DNA of 44,304 nt from Macrostomum lignano (taxonomy: Eukaryota). The translations under genes were made by a program, and so were the position numbers. The DNA is taken from positions 1 to 44,304 of the forward strand of contig NIVC01004492.1 in assembly GCA_002269645.1 (NCBI GenBank), in the 5' to 3' direction. Positions 1 to 13,966 of this stretch are shown here, piece by piece. The notes beneath the pieces were generated by a model. The model saw only the letters and a list, made by a program, of their open reading frames with translations. It searched no databases and was not told where the DNA came from. How positions within the stretch are numbered: position 1 is the first letter of the stretch; the number at the start of each line of letters is the position of its first letter.

Positions 1-3000
1 CAGCCCCTACAATCTCATAGTGAGACACAACAGCCCCTACAATCTCATAGTGAGACACACAACCCTACAATCTCATAGTGAGACACACGAGCCCCTACAA
101 TCTCATAGTGAGACACAGCCCCTACAATCTCATAGTGAGACACACAGCCCCTATTATCTCATGGAGACACACGCCCCTACAATTCTCATAATGAGACACA
201 AGGCCCTACAATCTCATAGTGAGACACACAGCCCCTACAATCTCATAGTGAGACACACAGCCTCTACAATCTCATAGTGAGACACAGCCCCTACAATTCT
301 CATAATGAGACACAAGGCCCTACAATCTCATAGTGAGACACACAGCCCCTACAATCTCATAGTGAGACAACAGCCCCTACAATCTCATAGTGAGACACAC
401 AGCCCTACAATCTCATAGTGAGACACACAGCCCCTACAATCTCATAGTGAGACACAGCCCCTACAATCTCATAGTGAGACACACACAGCCCCTACAATCT
501 CATAGTGAGACACCAGCCCCTACAATCTAAGTGAGACACCCCCTACAATCTCATAGTGAGACACACAGCCCCTACAATCTCATAGTGAGACACACAGCCC
601 CTACAATCTCATAGTGAGACACACAGCCCCTACAATCTCATAGTGAGACACACAGCCCCTACAATCTCATAGTGAGACACACAGCCCCTACAATCTCATA
701 TTGAGACACACAGCCCCTACAATCTCATAGTGAGACACACAGCCCCTACAATCTCATAGTGAGACACAAGCCCCTACAATCTCATAGTGAGACACACAGC
801 CCCTATTATCTCATGGTGAGACACAGCCCCTACAATTCTCATAGTGAGACACACACAGCCCCTACAATCTCATAGTGAGACACACAGCCCTACAATCTCA
901 TAGTGAGACACAGCCCCTACAATCTCATAGTGAGACACAGCCCTACAATCTCATAGTGAGACACACAGCCCTACAATCTCATAGTGAGACACACAGCCCC
1001 TACAATCTCATAGTGAGACACAAGCCCCTACAATCTCATAGTGAGACACACAGCCCCTATTATCTCATAGTGAGACACAGCCCCTACAATCTCATAGTGA
1101 GACACAGCCCCTACAATCTCATAGTGAGACACACAGCCCCTACAATCTCATAGTGAGACACACAGCCCCTACAATCTCATAGTGAGACACAGCCCCTACA
1201 ATCTCATAGTGAGACACACAGCCCCTACAATCTCATAGTGAGACACACAGCCCTCAATTCTCATAGTGAGACACAAGCCCCTACAATCTCATAGTGAGAC
1301 ACAGCCCCTACAAATCTCATAGTGAGACACACAGCCCCTACATCTCATAGTGAGACACGGCCCCTACAATCTCATAGTGAGACACAGCCCCTACAATCTC
1401 ATAGTGAGACACACAGCCCCTATTATCTCATGTGAGACACAGCCCCTACAATTCATAGTGAGACACACAGCCCCTACAATCTCATAGTGAGACACACAGC
1501 CCCTACAATCTCATAGTGAGACACACAGCCCTACAATCTCATAGTGAGACACACAGCCCCTACAATCTCATAGTGAGACACACAGCCCTACAATCTCATA
1601 GTGAGACACACAGCCCCTACAATCTCATAGTGAGACACAAGCCCCTACAATCTCATAGTGAGACACACAGCCCCTATTATCTCATAGTGAGACACAGCCC
1701 CTACAATTCTCATAGTGAGACACAGCCCCTACAATCTCATAGTGAGACACACGCCCCCTACAATTCATAGTGAGACACACAGCCCCTACAATCTCATAGT
1801 GAGACACAGCCCCTACAATCTCATAGTGAGACACACAGCCCCTACAATCTCATAGTGAGACACACAGCCCCTACAATCTCATAGTGAGACACACAGCCCC
1901 TACAATCTCATAGTGAGACACAGCCCCTACAATCTCATAGTGAGACACACAGCCCCTACAATCTCATGAGACACAGCCCTACAATCTCATAATGAGACAC
2001 AAGCCCCAATCTCATAGTGAGACACACAGCCCCTACAATCTCATAGTGAGACACACAGCCCTACAATCTCATAGTGAGACACACAGCCCCTACAATCTCA
2101 TAGTGAGACACACAGCCCTACAATCTCATAGTGAGACACACAGCCCCTACAATCTCATAGTGAGACACACAGCCCTACAATCTCATAGTGAGACACACAG
2201 CCCCTATTATCTCATGTGAGACACAGCCCCTACAATTCTCATAGTGAGACACACAGCCCCTACAATCTCATAGTGAGACACACAGCCCCTACAATTCCCA
2301 TAGTGAGACACACAGCCCCTACAATCTCATAGTGAGACACACACCCCCTACAATCTCATAGTGAGACACACAACCCCTACAATTCTCATAGTGAGACACG
2401 AAGCCCCTACAATCTCATAGTGAGACACGCCCCTACAATCTCATAGTGAGACACACAGCCCCTATTATCTCATGGCTAGACACGGCCCCTACAATTCTCA
2501 TAATGAGACACAAGGCCTACAATCTCATAGTGAGACACACAGCCCCTATTATCTCATGGCTAGACACGGCCCCTACAATTCTCATAATGAGACACAAGGC
2601 CCTACAATCTCATAGTGAGACACACAGCCCCTACAATCTCATAGTGAGACAACAGCCCCTACAATCTCATAGTGAGACACACAGCCTCTACAATTCTCAT
2701 AGTGAGACACACAGCCCCTACAATCTCATAGTGAGACACAGCCCCTACAATCTCATAGTGAGACACGCAGCCCCTATTATCTCATGGTGAGACACAGCCC
2801 TACAATCTCATAGTGAGACAACAGCCCCTACAATCTCATATGAGACACACAGCCTCTACAATTCTCATAGTGAGACACACAGCCCCTACAATCTCATAGT
2901 GAGACACAGCCCCTACAATCTCATAGTGAGACACGCAGCCCTATTATCTCATGGTGAGACACAGCCCTACAATTCTCATAGTGAGACACACAGCCCCTAC

Positions 3001-3125
3001 AAACTCATAGTGAGACACACAGCCCCTTAATTCTCATAGTGAGACACACAGCCCTTACAATCTCATAGTGAGACACACAGCCCCTTACAATTCTCATAGT
3101 GAGACACACAGCCCTTACAATTCTC
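1..3125. repeat. Minisatellite array, ~29-bp unit CACACAGCCCCTACAATCTCATAGTGAGA (27-31 bp variants), about 100 copies, truncated by the window edge
   Basis: Directly visible tandem repeat; period 29 at 542/571; length variation arises in the CA run and the C run. Confidence 0.97.
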
Positions 3126-3634
3126 AACAGCAGAAGCCTCCATAATTCATTGACTCGCAAGTCAGACATTATGGAACAATCATTCAGTCGGAGCTTTCGC
3201 TCTGACACAAATATTGTCCGCAAAAATTATGGCGGCGGAATGAATACCCATGGAAAATTTGCATACCCCATTACTTGCAGCGGCTTGCACTGGGGTCCGG
3301 AGTTGGAGAAGGGGGGGGGGGGTTGACGGACCCCATAGCCTCACTTATCCCTGATATCGAGGGGTTCTGATACTGCAGCTGATCATTATTCCACTGGGCC
3401 AGCGGCTGCCACTAGGATTATTGTAGGCTGGGAGAAAGTCCCAACTATACCGGCCTACTCACCCCCAGGGGAGGTTTTTTGAGTCCAAGTACTCCCTGCT
3501 TGGGATGCGACAGTCTGCAATGAATTGGCTGCAGCGATCGTGGCAGCAATTTTGCGGCACACTCAAGTCTGCCGCCTCTTGCTTTCCTGTGGGAAACCCC
3601 TGTGGAGTCTGGGGACTGTGGTGTCTTAGCTGTC

Positions 3635-4420
3635 GTCTCTTCTCTCTCCTCTCTCCTCTCTTCTCTCTTCTCTCTCCTCTTCTCTCTCCTCTCTTCTCTC
3701 CTCTCTCTCTCCTCTCTTCTCTCTCCTCTCTTCTCTCTCCTCCTCTCCTCTCTCCCCTCCCCTCTCCTCTCCTCTCCTCTCCTCTCATCTCATCTCCTCT
3801 CCTCTCCTCTCCTCTCCTCTCCTCTCCTCTCTCTCTCCTCTCCTCTCCTCCCTCTCCTCTCCTCTCCTCTCCTCTCCTCTTCTCTCCTCTCCTCTCTCCT
3901 CTTCTCTCTCCTCTCCTCTCCTCTCCTCTCTCCTCTCCTCTCTCCTCTCTCTCTCCTCTCCTCTCTCCTCTCCTCTCTCTCTCTCCTCTCCTCTCTCCTC
4001 TCCTCTCTCCTCTCCTCCTCTCTTCTCTCTCCTCTCCTCTCTCCTCTCCTCTCTCCTCTCCTCTCTCCTCTCCTCTCTTCTCTCTCCTCTTCTCTCTCCT
4101 CTCCTCTCCTCTCCCTCTCCTCTTCTCTCTCTTATCTCCTCTCTCCTCTTCTCTCTCCTCTCCTCTCCTTTCCTCTCTCCTCTCCTCTCTCCTCTCCTCT
4201 CTCCTCTCCTCTCTCCTCTCCTCTCTTCTCTCTCCTCTCCTCTCTCCTCTCCTCTCTCCTCTCCTCTCTCCTCTCCTCTCTTCTCTCTCCTCTTCTCTCT
4301 CCTCTCCTCTCTCCTCTCCCCTCTCCTCTTCTCTCTCTTATCTCCTCTCTCCTCTTTTCTCTCTTGTCTCTCCTCTCCTCTTCATTCTCCCTTTTTTCTC
4401 CTTCCCTCTCCCTCTCTCCT
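3635..4420. repeat. Low-complexity polypyrimidine (CT/CCT/CTCTC) tract
   Basis: Almost exclusively C and T for ~790 bp; produces the spurious S/L/P ORFs 3505-4494 and 3602-4426. Confidence 0.95.
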
Positions 4421-4601
4421 CTCTAATAAATTTCCAAAGCTCAACCTCCTCTAATAACTTCTCTAATCCACTAATTAAGCAACCAAGAAAATGAGCCAGA
4501 ATAAAAAACTTTGTAATGACTTTTCCGTGTCCGAAAGAGAGATAAAAGGCAATATGAGCACGGATTTCTTAATAATCCCCACAAAAAATTAAATCTCCCT
4601 T

Positions 4602-4647
<46 letters not shown>
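4602..4647. repeat. (CT)n microsatellite
   Basis: Perfect CT run of about 22 units. Confidence 0.95.
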
Positions 4648-4649
<2 letters not shown>

Positions 4650-5094
4650 CAGGCGGTGCGCTTGTCGGACCGTCACGAACGAGCGTGACTCGATACAGTG
4701 AGTCTGCAGTAGCCACCGAAACTATAGGGGAGGCAGCTTAGGCAGGCAAAAGCGCGAGTCAAAGCCCCCTACATCTCCCCCCCTCTCTCTGTCCCAATAT
4801 AATTTTTTCAATCGCACCGCTCCTATGAAACCTCCGCCGCAAATGCCCGGGGGAGATTCTGCAACTGGGCGTGGCGCACTGGGAGATGAGAAGAATAAGA
4901 CTTGAGCAAGAGAGAATGAGTAACACTATTAAGTTACCAGACTGAACTAGTAGGTACGCTCGAAATAGTTTTAATTTTCGGTTTAAAAATGCCCCTAATG
5001 TGTGGAAATAAGCAGCAATTGTGTATATAATAAAAAATAGAATGAGAAATGGCAGAAGACCCCAGAGAAACAAGAGAGGGAAGGGTAGTGTATT

Positions 5095-5375
5095 GGAGAG
5101 GGTAGGGGAGAAGGTAGGGGAGAGGGTAGGGGAGCGGATGGGAGAGAGTCAGTGGAGAGGTTAGGGAGAGGGTAGGGAGAGGGTAGGGAGAGGGTAGGGG
5201 AGAGAGTAGGGGAGAGGGTAGGGGAGAGGGTAGGGGAGAGGGTAGGACAGAGAGTAGGGCAGAGGGTAGGGGAGAGAGTAGGGGAGAGGGTAGGGGAGAG
5301 GGTAGGGGAGAGGGTAGGACAGAGAGTAGGGCAGAGGGTAGGGGAGAGAGTAGGGGAGAGGGTAGGGGAGAGGCT
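5095..5375. repeat. 12-bp G-rich minisatellite GGGGAGAGGGTA, G-quadruplex-prone
   Basis: Tandem units visible; repeated G3-4 runs separated by 2-3 nt loops match the canonical G4 pattern. Confidence 0.9.
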
Positions 5376-6374
5376 GGAGGAGAGGGTATGAGAGAAAGAG
5401 AGAGTAGAGGTGTGAAAGCGTGTGAGAAATAAGTGGAAAAAGACTGTGTATTGAAGATAAAATGAGAGATTAGCGGAGAGAGAGCTATAGGAGTCGCAGC
5501 GGTGACACTGATTGCATTAGGATCCTGCGTCCACAAAGCGCTGGGTCCTCCCCAAGTACCCGAATTGGGAATGCAGGAGGATCCACGTCATGCTTGCAGC
5601 TCTCAGCTCAGTCAGTGAGAACAGCATTCATCCCTTTCGGTGGGGAGTAGAAAAGAGAGAGTGAGACGACACCCCACCGAAAGAAGATTCTCTGAGAGCC
5701 GGGGAACATCCTCATTAGATTTACGATCGGCTGCCCGGCGTGCTTCTGATGGATGGCCGGCGACTGCTGCAGATCCTGCGCCTGGATCAACCCGCGCCCA
5801 TGCAAGCGTATCATGCTTGGAGACATGATTAAAGATTCGATTCGAGTTTAAATCTTTTTTTCTGAGTGTGAAGCTACGGAGGTGGATATTAAAAGCAACT
5901 AATACTTTGACATTTATTTATGAACAATAGACGACTTAGCAGACTTTTATTTATTTATTTCTGGCTCAGGAAAGGCGACGGCTTATAAAAGAATTATCTG
6001 AGCCCGTCAGATTACGGAAGATGCCTGTGCCCCACTGCGGACCTTTGCCAGCTTATGAATGAGCGAAATTCAAGTGGAGAGTTTGGGACAGAGGAAGTTG
6101 CCCCCACAAGGAGAGATGGGAGCAGAGAGAATGGGATTTTGCGGGGCTGGCCCTCCGGGGGGAAACAAAGCCGCTTTACTTAATCCATCATCATCAACTT
6201 CGCTCAACACGGGCGGGACCCCCCCCCCCCGAGGGGGACGGGGGGCACCCAGCGTCCCATGCCTGGTCAGTGGGGTAGGGCTGCCGAACTTCTCGAATCT
6301 CATTAAGTCCTGGGCGACCCCGCGCGGCTCACGAGAGCAGCTGCGCGGGGCCGGAGTTGTGCCCGGTTTTGATT

Positions 6375-6410
6375 AGAGAGAGAGAGAGAGGGAGAGGGAG
6401 AGAGAGAGAG
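6375..6410. repeat. (GA)n microsatellite, interrupted
   Basis: Visible GA run with GG interruptions. Confidence 0.85.
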
Positions 6411-6775
6411 CGCGCCAGTCTCCCCGGCAATCTCGGAGCCAAGCAGTCAGTCGCTTACAATTTGCTTCAATTCTAGCTAGCTGTCTATCTTTTTCCCGTG
6501 TCTATATTTTTTATCCCTTGAATATAAGCACCGCCGCGGCTTTACCGAGGGTGTGAATATTTATGCTGCACTTCAATCGGTCCCCCCGCTTGGTTGCTGG
6601 GCAGACAGGAAGCAGTAGCCTTTCTCCATTGTTACAGCGATGGTTATTGCAAGAAGACAATTGGCACTGGTGGGTCTTTAATTAACAAATCAGCCATGAG
6701 GGTCGCCTGTGTTTTTGACACAGCAGAGAATGCAGCAAAATGTCAGGAAAATTTCCGCGGCTACAGAATAGAAAA

Positions 6776-6985
6776 CTGTGAGATTCTCAATGAGATTTCT
6801 TGTAGATTTTTCCGTGGGATTTCCTGTGAAACTTCCCGTAAGATTTCTGAGATTTCCTGTGAGGCTTACTGTAAGATTTCTGAGATTTCCTGTGAGACTT
6901 CCCGTAAGATTTCTGAGATTTCCTAAGAGACTTCCCGTAATATTTCTGAGATTTTCTTTGTGGCTTACTGTAAGATTTCCATGAG
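6776..6985. repeat. Degenerate ~33-bp tandem repeat GAGATTTCCTGTGAGACTTCCCGTAAGATTTCT
   Basis: About 5-6 copies; the ORF track shows the 11-aa period ISCETSRKISE. Confidence 0.85.
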
Positions 6986-7607
6986 GCTTTCAGAGACTTT
7001 CTGGGAATTCTCACGCTAAGGAAGAGACGAATTAGACAAAAACGAGCCCAAGGAGCCGGGAGATTAATGAGAAAGCACTCAAAATCTGCTGCTTTTACAG
7101 CCATGACTGGCGAAAGGGAGGAACACACAGAGCAGGAGATCCAACAATGAGCCAAAACGCTCCTGCGCTCCCTCCAGTGCTTAATGGACGCCCCCACGAC
7201 TTGACACATCCGCTCTCCCCTTTCTCTGCCCCCCTCTCTCCCTGCTCAAGCCCCGAGGCACCAATGTCAGACCCCCTTGCTTCTCGTTTTATTTCTGCTG
7301 CAGACAGGCCGGCCGTTCGTAGCATTTTTCATCTCTCCCTCTGCCCCTGTCCCTAAGCCTGATCGGCAATCTCATTTGAGCCCATGAATACATTACAGCT
7401 CTGGTGTGTAAGGCAACGCGATGCCTGTCCTATGCGGGCTGGGAGCCCTGGTTCTAGTTAATCTAATTGAAATTAGTAGGTACAATAGGCAGTGGTGGTA
7501 CTATATTATATAATGGCATATTTGAGATTCGAAAAATCTGCCGAATAAATTCTAGGCCCTATAAAAAGTTCTTTCTATTTTTTTCTTAATTTAATGCTTT
7601 TTAACTT

Positions 7608-8857
7608 CTCCATATTGTCCACTGATAGACATTGTCCACTGATATCCTAAAGACACTGTCTACTGATATACTTAAGACATTCTCTACTGATATCCTATAG
7701 ACATTGTCCACTGATATCCTATAGACATTGTCCACTGATATCCTATAGACATTGTCCACAGATATCCCATAGACATTGTCCACTGACATCCTATAGACAT
7801 TGTCCACTGATATCCTATAGACATTGTCCACTGCTATCCCATAGACATTGTTCACTGATATCCTAAAGACATTGTCTACTGATATCCCCTAGACATTGTC
7901 CACTGATATACTAAAGACATTGTCTACTGATATCCTATAGATATTGTCCACTGATATCCTATAGACATTGTCCACTGACATCCTATAGACATTGTCCACT
8001 GCTATCCCATAGACATTGTTCACTGATATCCTATAGACATTGTCCACTGCTATCCCATAGACATTGTTCACTGATATCCTAAAGACATTGTCTACTGATA
8101 TCCCATAGACATTGTCCACTGATATCCTATAGACATTGTGCACTGATATCCCATAGACATTGTCCACTGATATACTAAAGACATTGTCTACTGATATCCT
8201 ATAGATATTGTCCACTGATATCCTATAGACATTGTTTCCACTGATATCCTATAGACATTGTTTTCACTGATATCCTATAGACATTGTTTCCACTGATATC
8301 CCCTAGACATTGTCCACTGATATACTAAAGACATTGTCCACTGATGTCCTATAGACATTGTTTACTGCTATCCCATAGACATTGTCCACTGACATCCTAT
8401 AGACATTGGCCACTGATATCCTATAGACATTGTCCACTGATATCCTATAGACATTGTCCACTGATATCCCATAGACATTGTCCACTGATATACTAAAGAC
8501 ATTGTCCACTGCTATCCCATAGACATTGTCCACTGACATCCTATAGACATTGTCCACTGCTATCCCATAGACATTGTCCACTGACATCCTATAGACATTG
8601 GTCACTGATATCCTATAGACATTGTCCACTGACATCCTATAGACATTGGTCACTGATATCCTATAGACATTGTCCACTGACATCCTATAGACATTGTCTA
8701 CTGATATCCTATCGATATTGGCCACTGATATCACATAGACATTGTCCACTGATGGCCAAGATATCCCATGGACATTGTCCACTGATATCACATAGAAATT
8801 GGCCACTGATACCCTATAGACATTGTCCACTGAAATCCTATCGATATTGTCCACTGA
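7608..8857. repeat. 24-bp minisatellite CTGATATCCTATAGACATTGTCCA, about 50 copies
   Basis: Visible tandem array; 8-aa period ISVDNVYR in the antisense ORFs. Confidence 0.96.
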
Positions 8858-9516
8858 CAGCTCCAGACAATGCGACCCGAGTTCTCACCGAGAGCTTGTC
8901 CTGGCCTCAACAGTAACTCGCACCGCAACAGCGGAGCATCATCATATCGTCTCAATTCCAACTTCGGTCAGCTTTGCTCCCCTGCCGTGGCAGCAGCAGC
9001 AGCAGCAGCAACCGCAGCAGCACTGTAAAACGCGGTCGCTCTCGAGTCGGAACAAAATCAGTCCGTCAGTAAGTCTGTAGCTGAATGCAATACAAAGAGG
9101 AGCATCTGGCATGATTGAGATTCAGGCCAGCATTGCATCTATAATCTCTGGGGCTGAGTGGGAATACAACAGGAACAAAGTCAGCAACTGTGCAACATCC
9201 ACCGCCCCTTCCCAGAGTAGCAGACTAAGTAGCAACCGTCTCCCATACTTGAAATCTGGGCAGGCTTCCCACTGCTTCCCTTCCCTACGGCTCTCGGTTC
9301 CCCCCGTCACCGTCAGTGTGTGTCTGCTCAAAGTCTCCAATGCGATTGGAACAGGATTTGAGCAAGGAGAAGAAAAACGATTGGCCAGGCCAGCCCCTGA
9401 AACGCCAGTCAGGGGGAAGGTGGCAGCGAACAGTCAGCAGGAATCCAATGAGGCTGAGGTGCTGCGATCCGCTAGTAGTATGTGATGCGCGGGACAGTCA
9501 TCAATGGGCTCGCACT

Positions 9517-10515
<999 letters not shown>

Positions 10516-11968
10516 GCAAACAGAAGCTAGAATAGCTTTGCCACGGTCACCCATCACAGCCCAAAACCGCCACGCAAGGTCTGGGAGACGCATCTGTGGC
10601 AATGGTCAGATGGGGCAGCAGACGAAGAGACAGAGCAGAGGGTCTTGAAACAGTCGACTCGTTCGCCTCTGTTCTTCTCTCCCCCCAGACCCGTCGAGTT
10701 TCGTTTGCAATAATCAGCCCCGGAGACTCGGCTACCTCACGCGATAAGCCGCGGGTCCTAATCTGCAATATTCCCCGTGCCATTTCTGTCCCATCCCTTC
10801 CTGCCCGCCCAGCTACTCGGCCCTGACTTGGCCGCATCTTTTCTCGGAGTCTGTGTGTTTTTTGCGCGTCCCCCCTCCTTGCTTCCCCCCTCTGTCATCC
10901 TCGAGCTCATATCCCGAGAGTTGAAGACTGAAAACTCGGCTGAGTAGCGTCTCATCGTGATTCACCAAATAAGAGGGGAAAGGGTTTTGGGCAAACACAG
11001 GAAATGTCTACCTTGTGAGTTTGTATGCTGAAGAGCAGTCTTAAGTAGCTAGACAGACTCTAATGCAGAAAAAAATATGGCTAGTGATTAATTAGGTTGG
11101 AAAAAGAATGTCGTGATTGCTCTGTTCTGTAAAAGACTTCTGATTGATTCTCAGTGGCATGTCATGCTGACATTAGCCTATAAAGCGAGCCCGTTCTAGT
11201 TCATCTGAAACGAAAGACATTGATATACCTTCCGGGATCAGATCCACGCGGGTAAAGTGCAGAGAGTCTCTCCCTAGCTGAGTCGGTTACAGATTAGGAC
11301 GATATAGAATGCAGAAAACATGACCGTTGGAAAGAAGAGATTCAGGTAGAGGCAGAGAGAGAGACGGGATGCCCGACAATTGTGGCTCGATCCCCTCCCA
11401 GACTGACGGGTCTCGGAACCTGGGGGCCGTCTTACTCGTGCATGTCAAGCAAATTAATTAAGGATTAACGGGATAAGCCTTTCTCTTCCTTTCTTCTCAT
11501 TATTTCACTATGGGAGGGCCGGGCCCACAGAAGATGCGCTGGCTCAAGTCTGGTCTGCCGGTCTGTCCCGGGATTTGCGGCTGCCATCGAGCGCACGCAT
11601 CCACTAGTTTTACGACGCAACTGGGAACTCGAATGTATCGCGAAGAAGATTTTCTGTCTCGACTCGAATGAATTGGAATTGGAAAAAACAGCAAAATTTC
11701 CCCCTGCTCAGGCAAGTTTCAGTCAGTCTTAGTTAGGAACTCCTTGAGCTAAAGTGCAATTTTTCCTGGTTTGAAGACTCCCATGTGTTCTGTTTCTGTC
11801 CCTTAGCTTTCCACTTCACTCTTTCCGTTGAGTTATGGCTCTAGGGGTTATGGATATTTTAGCTTCAAAGGCTTGCCTCCTTATTTTACAAAGGCACAGC
11901 AGCCGCAACAAAGGACTTGCGGTCTCGACTCCTCAATTCATTACCTTTCTCTAGCTCGATTTCCCTAA

Positions 11969-13122
11969 CTCGACTACATCATGGAGATCTGGAACAGGAA
12001 CCTAGCTTGACTACATCATGGAGATCTGGAATCAGAACCTAGCTTGACTAGATCATGGAGATCTGGAACAAGAAACTAGCTTGACTAGACCATGGAGATC
12101 TGGAATCAGAACCTAGCTTGACTAGATCATGGAGATCTGGAATCAGAACCTAGCTTGACTACATCATGGAGATCTGGAACAGGAACCTGGCTCGACTAGA
12201 TCATGGAGATCTGGAACAAGAACCTAGCTCGACTACATCATGGAGATCTGGAACAAGAACCTGGCTCGACTACATCATGGAGATCTGGAACAAGAACCTG
12301 GCTCGACTACATCATGGAGATCTGGAACAAGAACCTGGCTCGACTACATCATGGAGATCTTTAATCAGAACCTGGCTCGACTATATCATGGAGATCTGGA
12401 ACAAGAACCTAGCTTGACTAGATCATGGAGATCTGGAACAAGAACCTAGCTTGACTAGATCATGGAGATCTAGAACCAGAACCTGGCTCGACTAGATCAT
12501 GGAGATCTGGAACAAGAACCTGGCTCGACTACATCATGGAGATCTGGAACAAGAACCTGGCTCGACTACATCATGGAGATCTGGAACAAGAACCTAGCTC
12601 GACTACATCATGGAGATCTAGAACCAGAACCTGGCTCGACTATATCATGGAGATCTGGAACAAGAACCTAGCTTGACTAGATCATGGAGATCTGGAACAA
12701 GAACCAAGCTCGACTACATCATGGAGATCTGGAATCAGAACCTGGCTCGACTACATCATGGAGATCTGGAACAAGAACCTGGCTCGAATACATCATGGAG
12801 ATCTGGAATCAGAACCTGGCTCGACTACATCATGGAGATCTGGAACCAGAACCTAGCTTGACTAGATCATTGAGATCTGGAACAAGAACCTAGCTTGACT
12901 AGATCATGGAGATCTAGAACCAGAACCTGGCTCGACTAGATCATGGAGATCTGGAACAAGAACCTAGCTTGACTAGATCATGGAGATTTGGAACAAGAAC
13001 CTAGCTTGACTAGATCATGGAGATCTGGAATCAGAACCTGGATCGACTACATCACGGAGATATAGAACCAGAACCTGGCTCGACAAGATCATGGAGATCT
13101 GCATGGAACCAGAACCTGGCTA
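11969..13122. repeat. 37-bp minisatellite CTCGACTACATCATGGAGATCTGGAACAAGAACCTGG, about 31 copies
   Basis: Visible tandem array; the 37-aa cycle in the ORF track equals 3 units; AGATCT occurs in nearly every unit. Confidence 0.96.
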
Positions 13123-13816
13123 CAACTTTCCAGCCTAAAAAGATTCTGCTTAGTCTCAGAGAAAGATCATTTACATTCTAAGCAATCCGACCAATACTTA
13201 TGAGCTAGTCCCGATCTAAGTTTTTTTCTGATGCTACACCGATTTTGAGTCAAAGATTCAGCACTCCGGGTTCTGGCTCTGTGTCTCCCTGGCTGTATCG
13301 ATCAGAAAGCAACAATTTTTATTTTTATATTGTCACTGTCCCTTTTGTCGATTTCTCTCTCTCTGCCTGTGCAGCATGCTCGCGTGGGTTCCGCGTTCTG
13401 TCTGGGTGACCGATCATGCGCCCCGCTTTTTTGAGATCACTGTTAGCTACAATGTCTCTCCTCGATTTCCTTCAAACCAGCTACACCGCTGATAGGGAAT
13501 CAATGCCAACTGCAGGGACGATGAGGCAGCGGGTTTTGCTGCGATACAATCTGATTAAAAGCGAAAATCAACGCGTGTGGAAACGCAGTCATCCGAAACC
13601 GATTTAGTGAATATTAAAACTGTATGCCGCATGGTTCCTGCTTTGATGCTGATTTCAGGAATGAGGCTGAAAATGGCTTTTTCTAATTTGATAGAGTTGA
13701 GAGTGACGCATTGTTTTAAACAGGATGAAAAACTGAGCGCTTTACGTTCGGGATGGAGAACTATATATTGTACATTCAGAGTACGCAAAGAACTAAAAGA
13801 ACTACATTGATAGTAC

Positions 13817-13966
13817 GTGCAGAACTGTACATCCGGGGTAGAGAATTGTCCATCCGGGGTTAGAGAACTGTACATCCGGGGTAGAGAATTGTCTATCCGG
13901 GATAGAGAACTGTACATCCGGGATAGAGAACTGTACATCCGGGATAGAGAACTGTACATCCGGGAT
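13817..13966. repeat. 21-bp tandem repeat AGAGAACTGTACATCCGGGAT, about 7 copies
   Basis: Visible; 7-aa period MYSSLSR on the minus strand. Confidence 0.92.

Noticed and set aside
3459-3640. Possible minus-strand exon ending at a GTGAGT donor near 3460
   Set aside because: No recognisable domain in any frame and no partner exon could be linked.
5634-5683. Perfect 12-bp inverted repeat CTTTCGGTGGGG / CCCCACCGAAAG with a 26-nt loop
   Set aside because: A single hairpin with no other ncRNA or MITE hallmark; one such match is not surprising in 44 kb.
5719-5832. Possible terminal exon IYDRLPGVLLMDGRRLLQILRLDQPAPMQAYHAWRHD* after CATTAG
   Set aside because: Protein-like but unassignable, and no upstream exon was identified; needs RNA-seq.
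8861-9485. CAG-rich candidate exon (8861-9068) and ORF 9111-9485
   Set aside because: Plausible splice sites but no domain evidence; could be noncoding low-complexity sequence.
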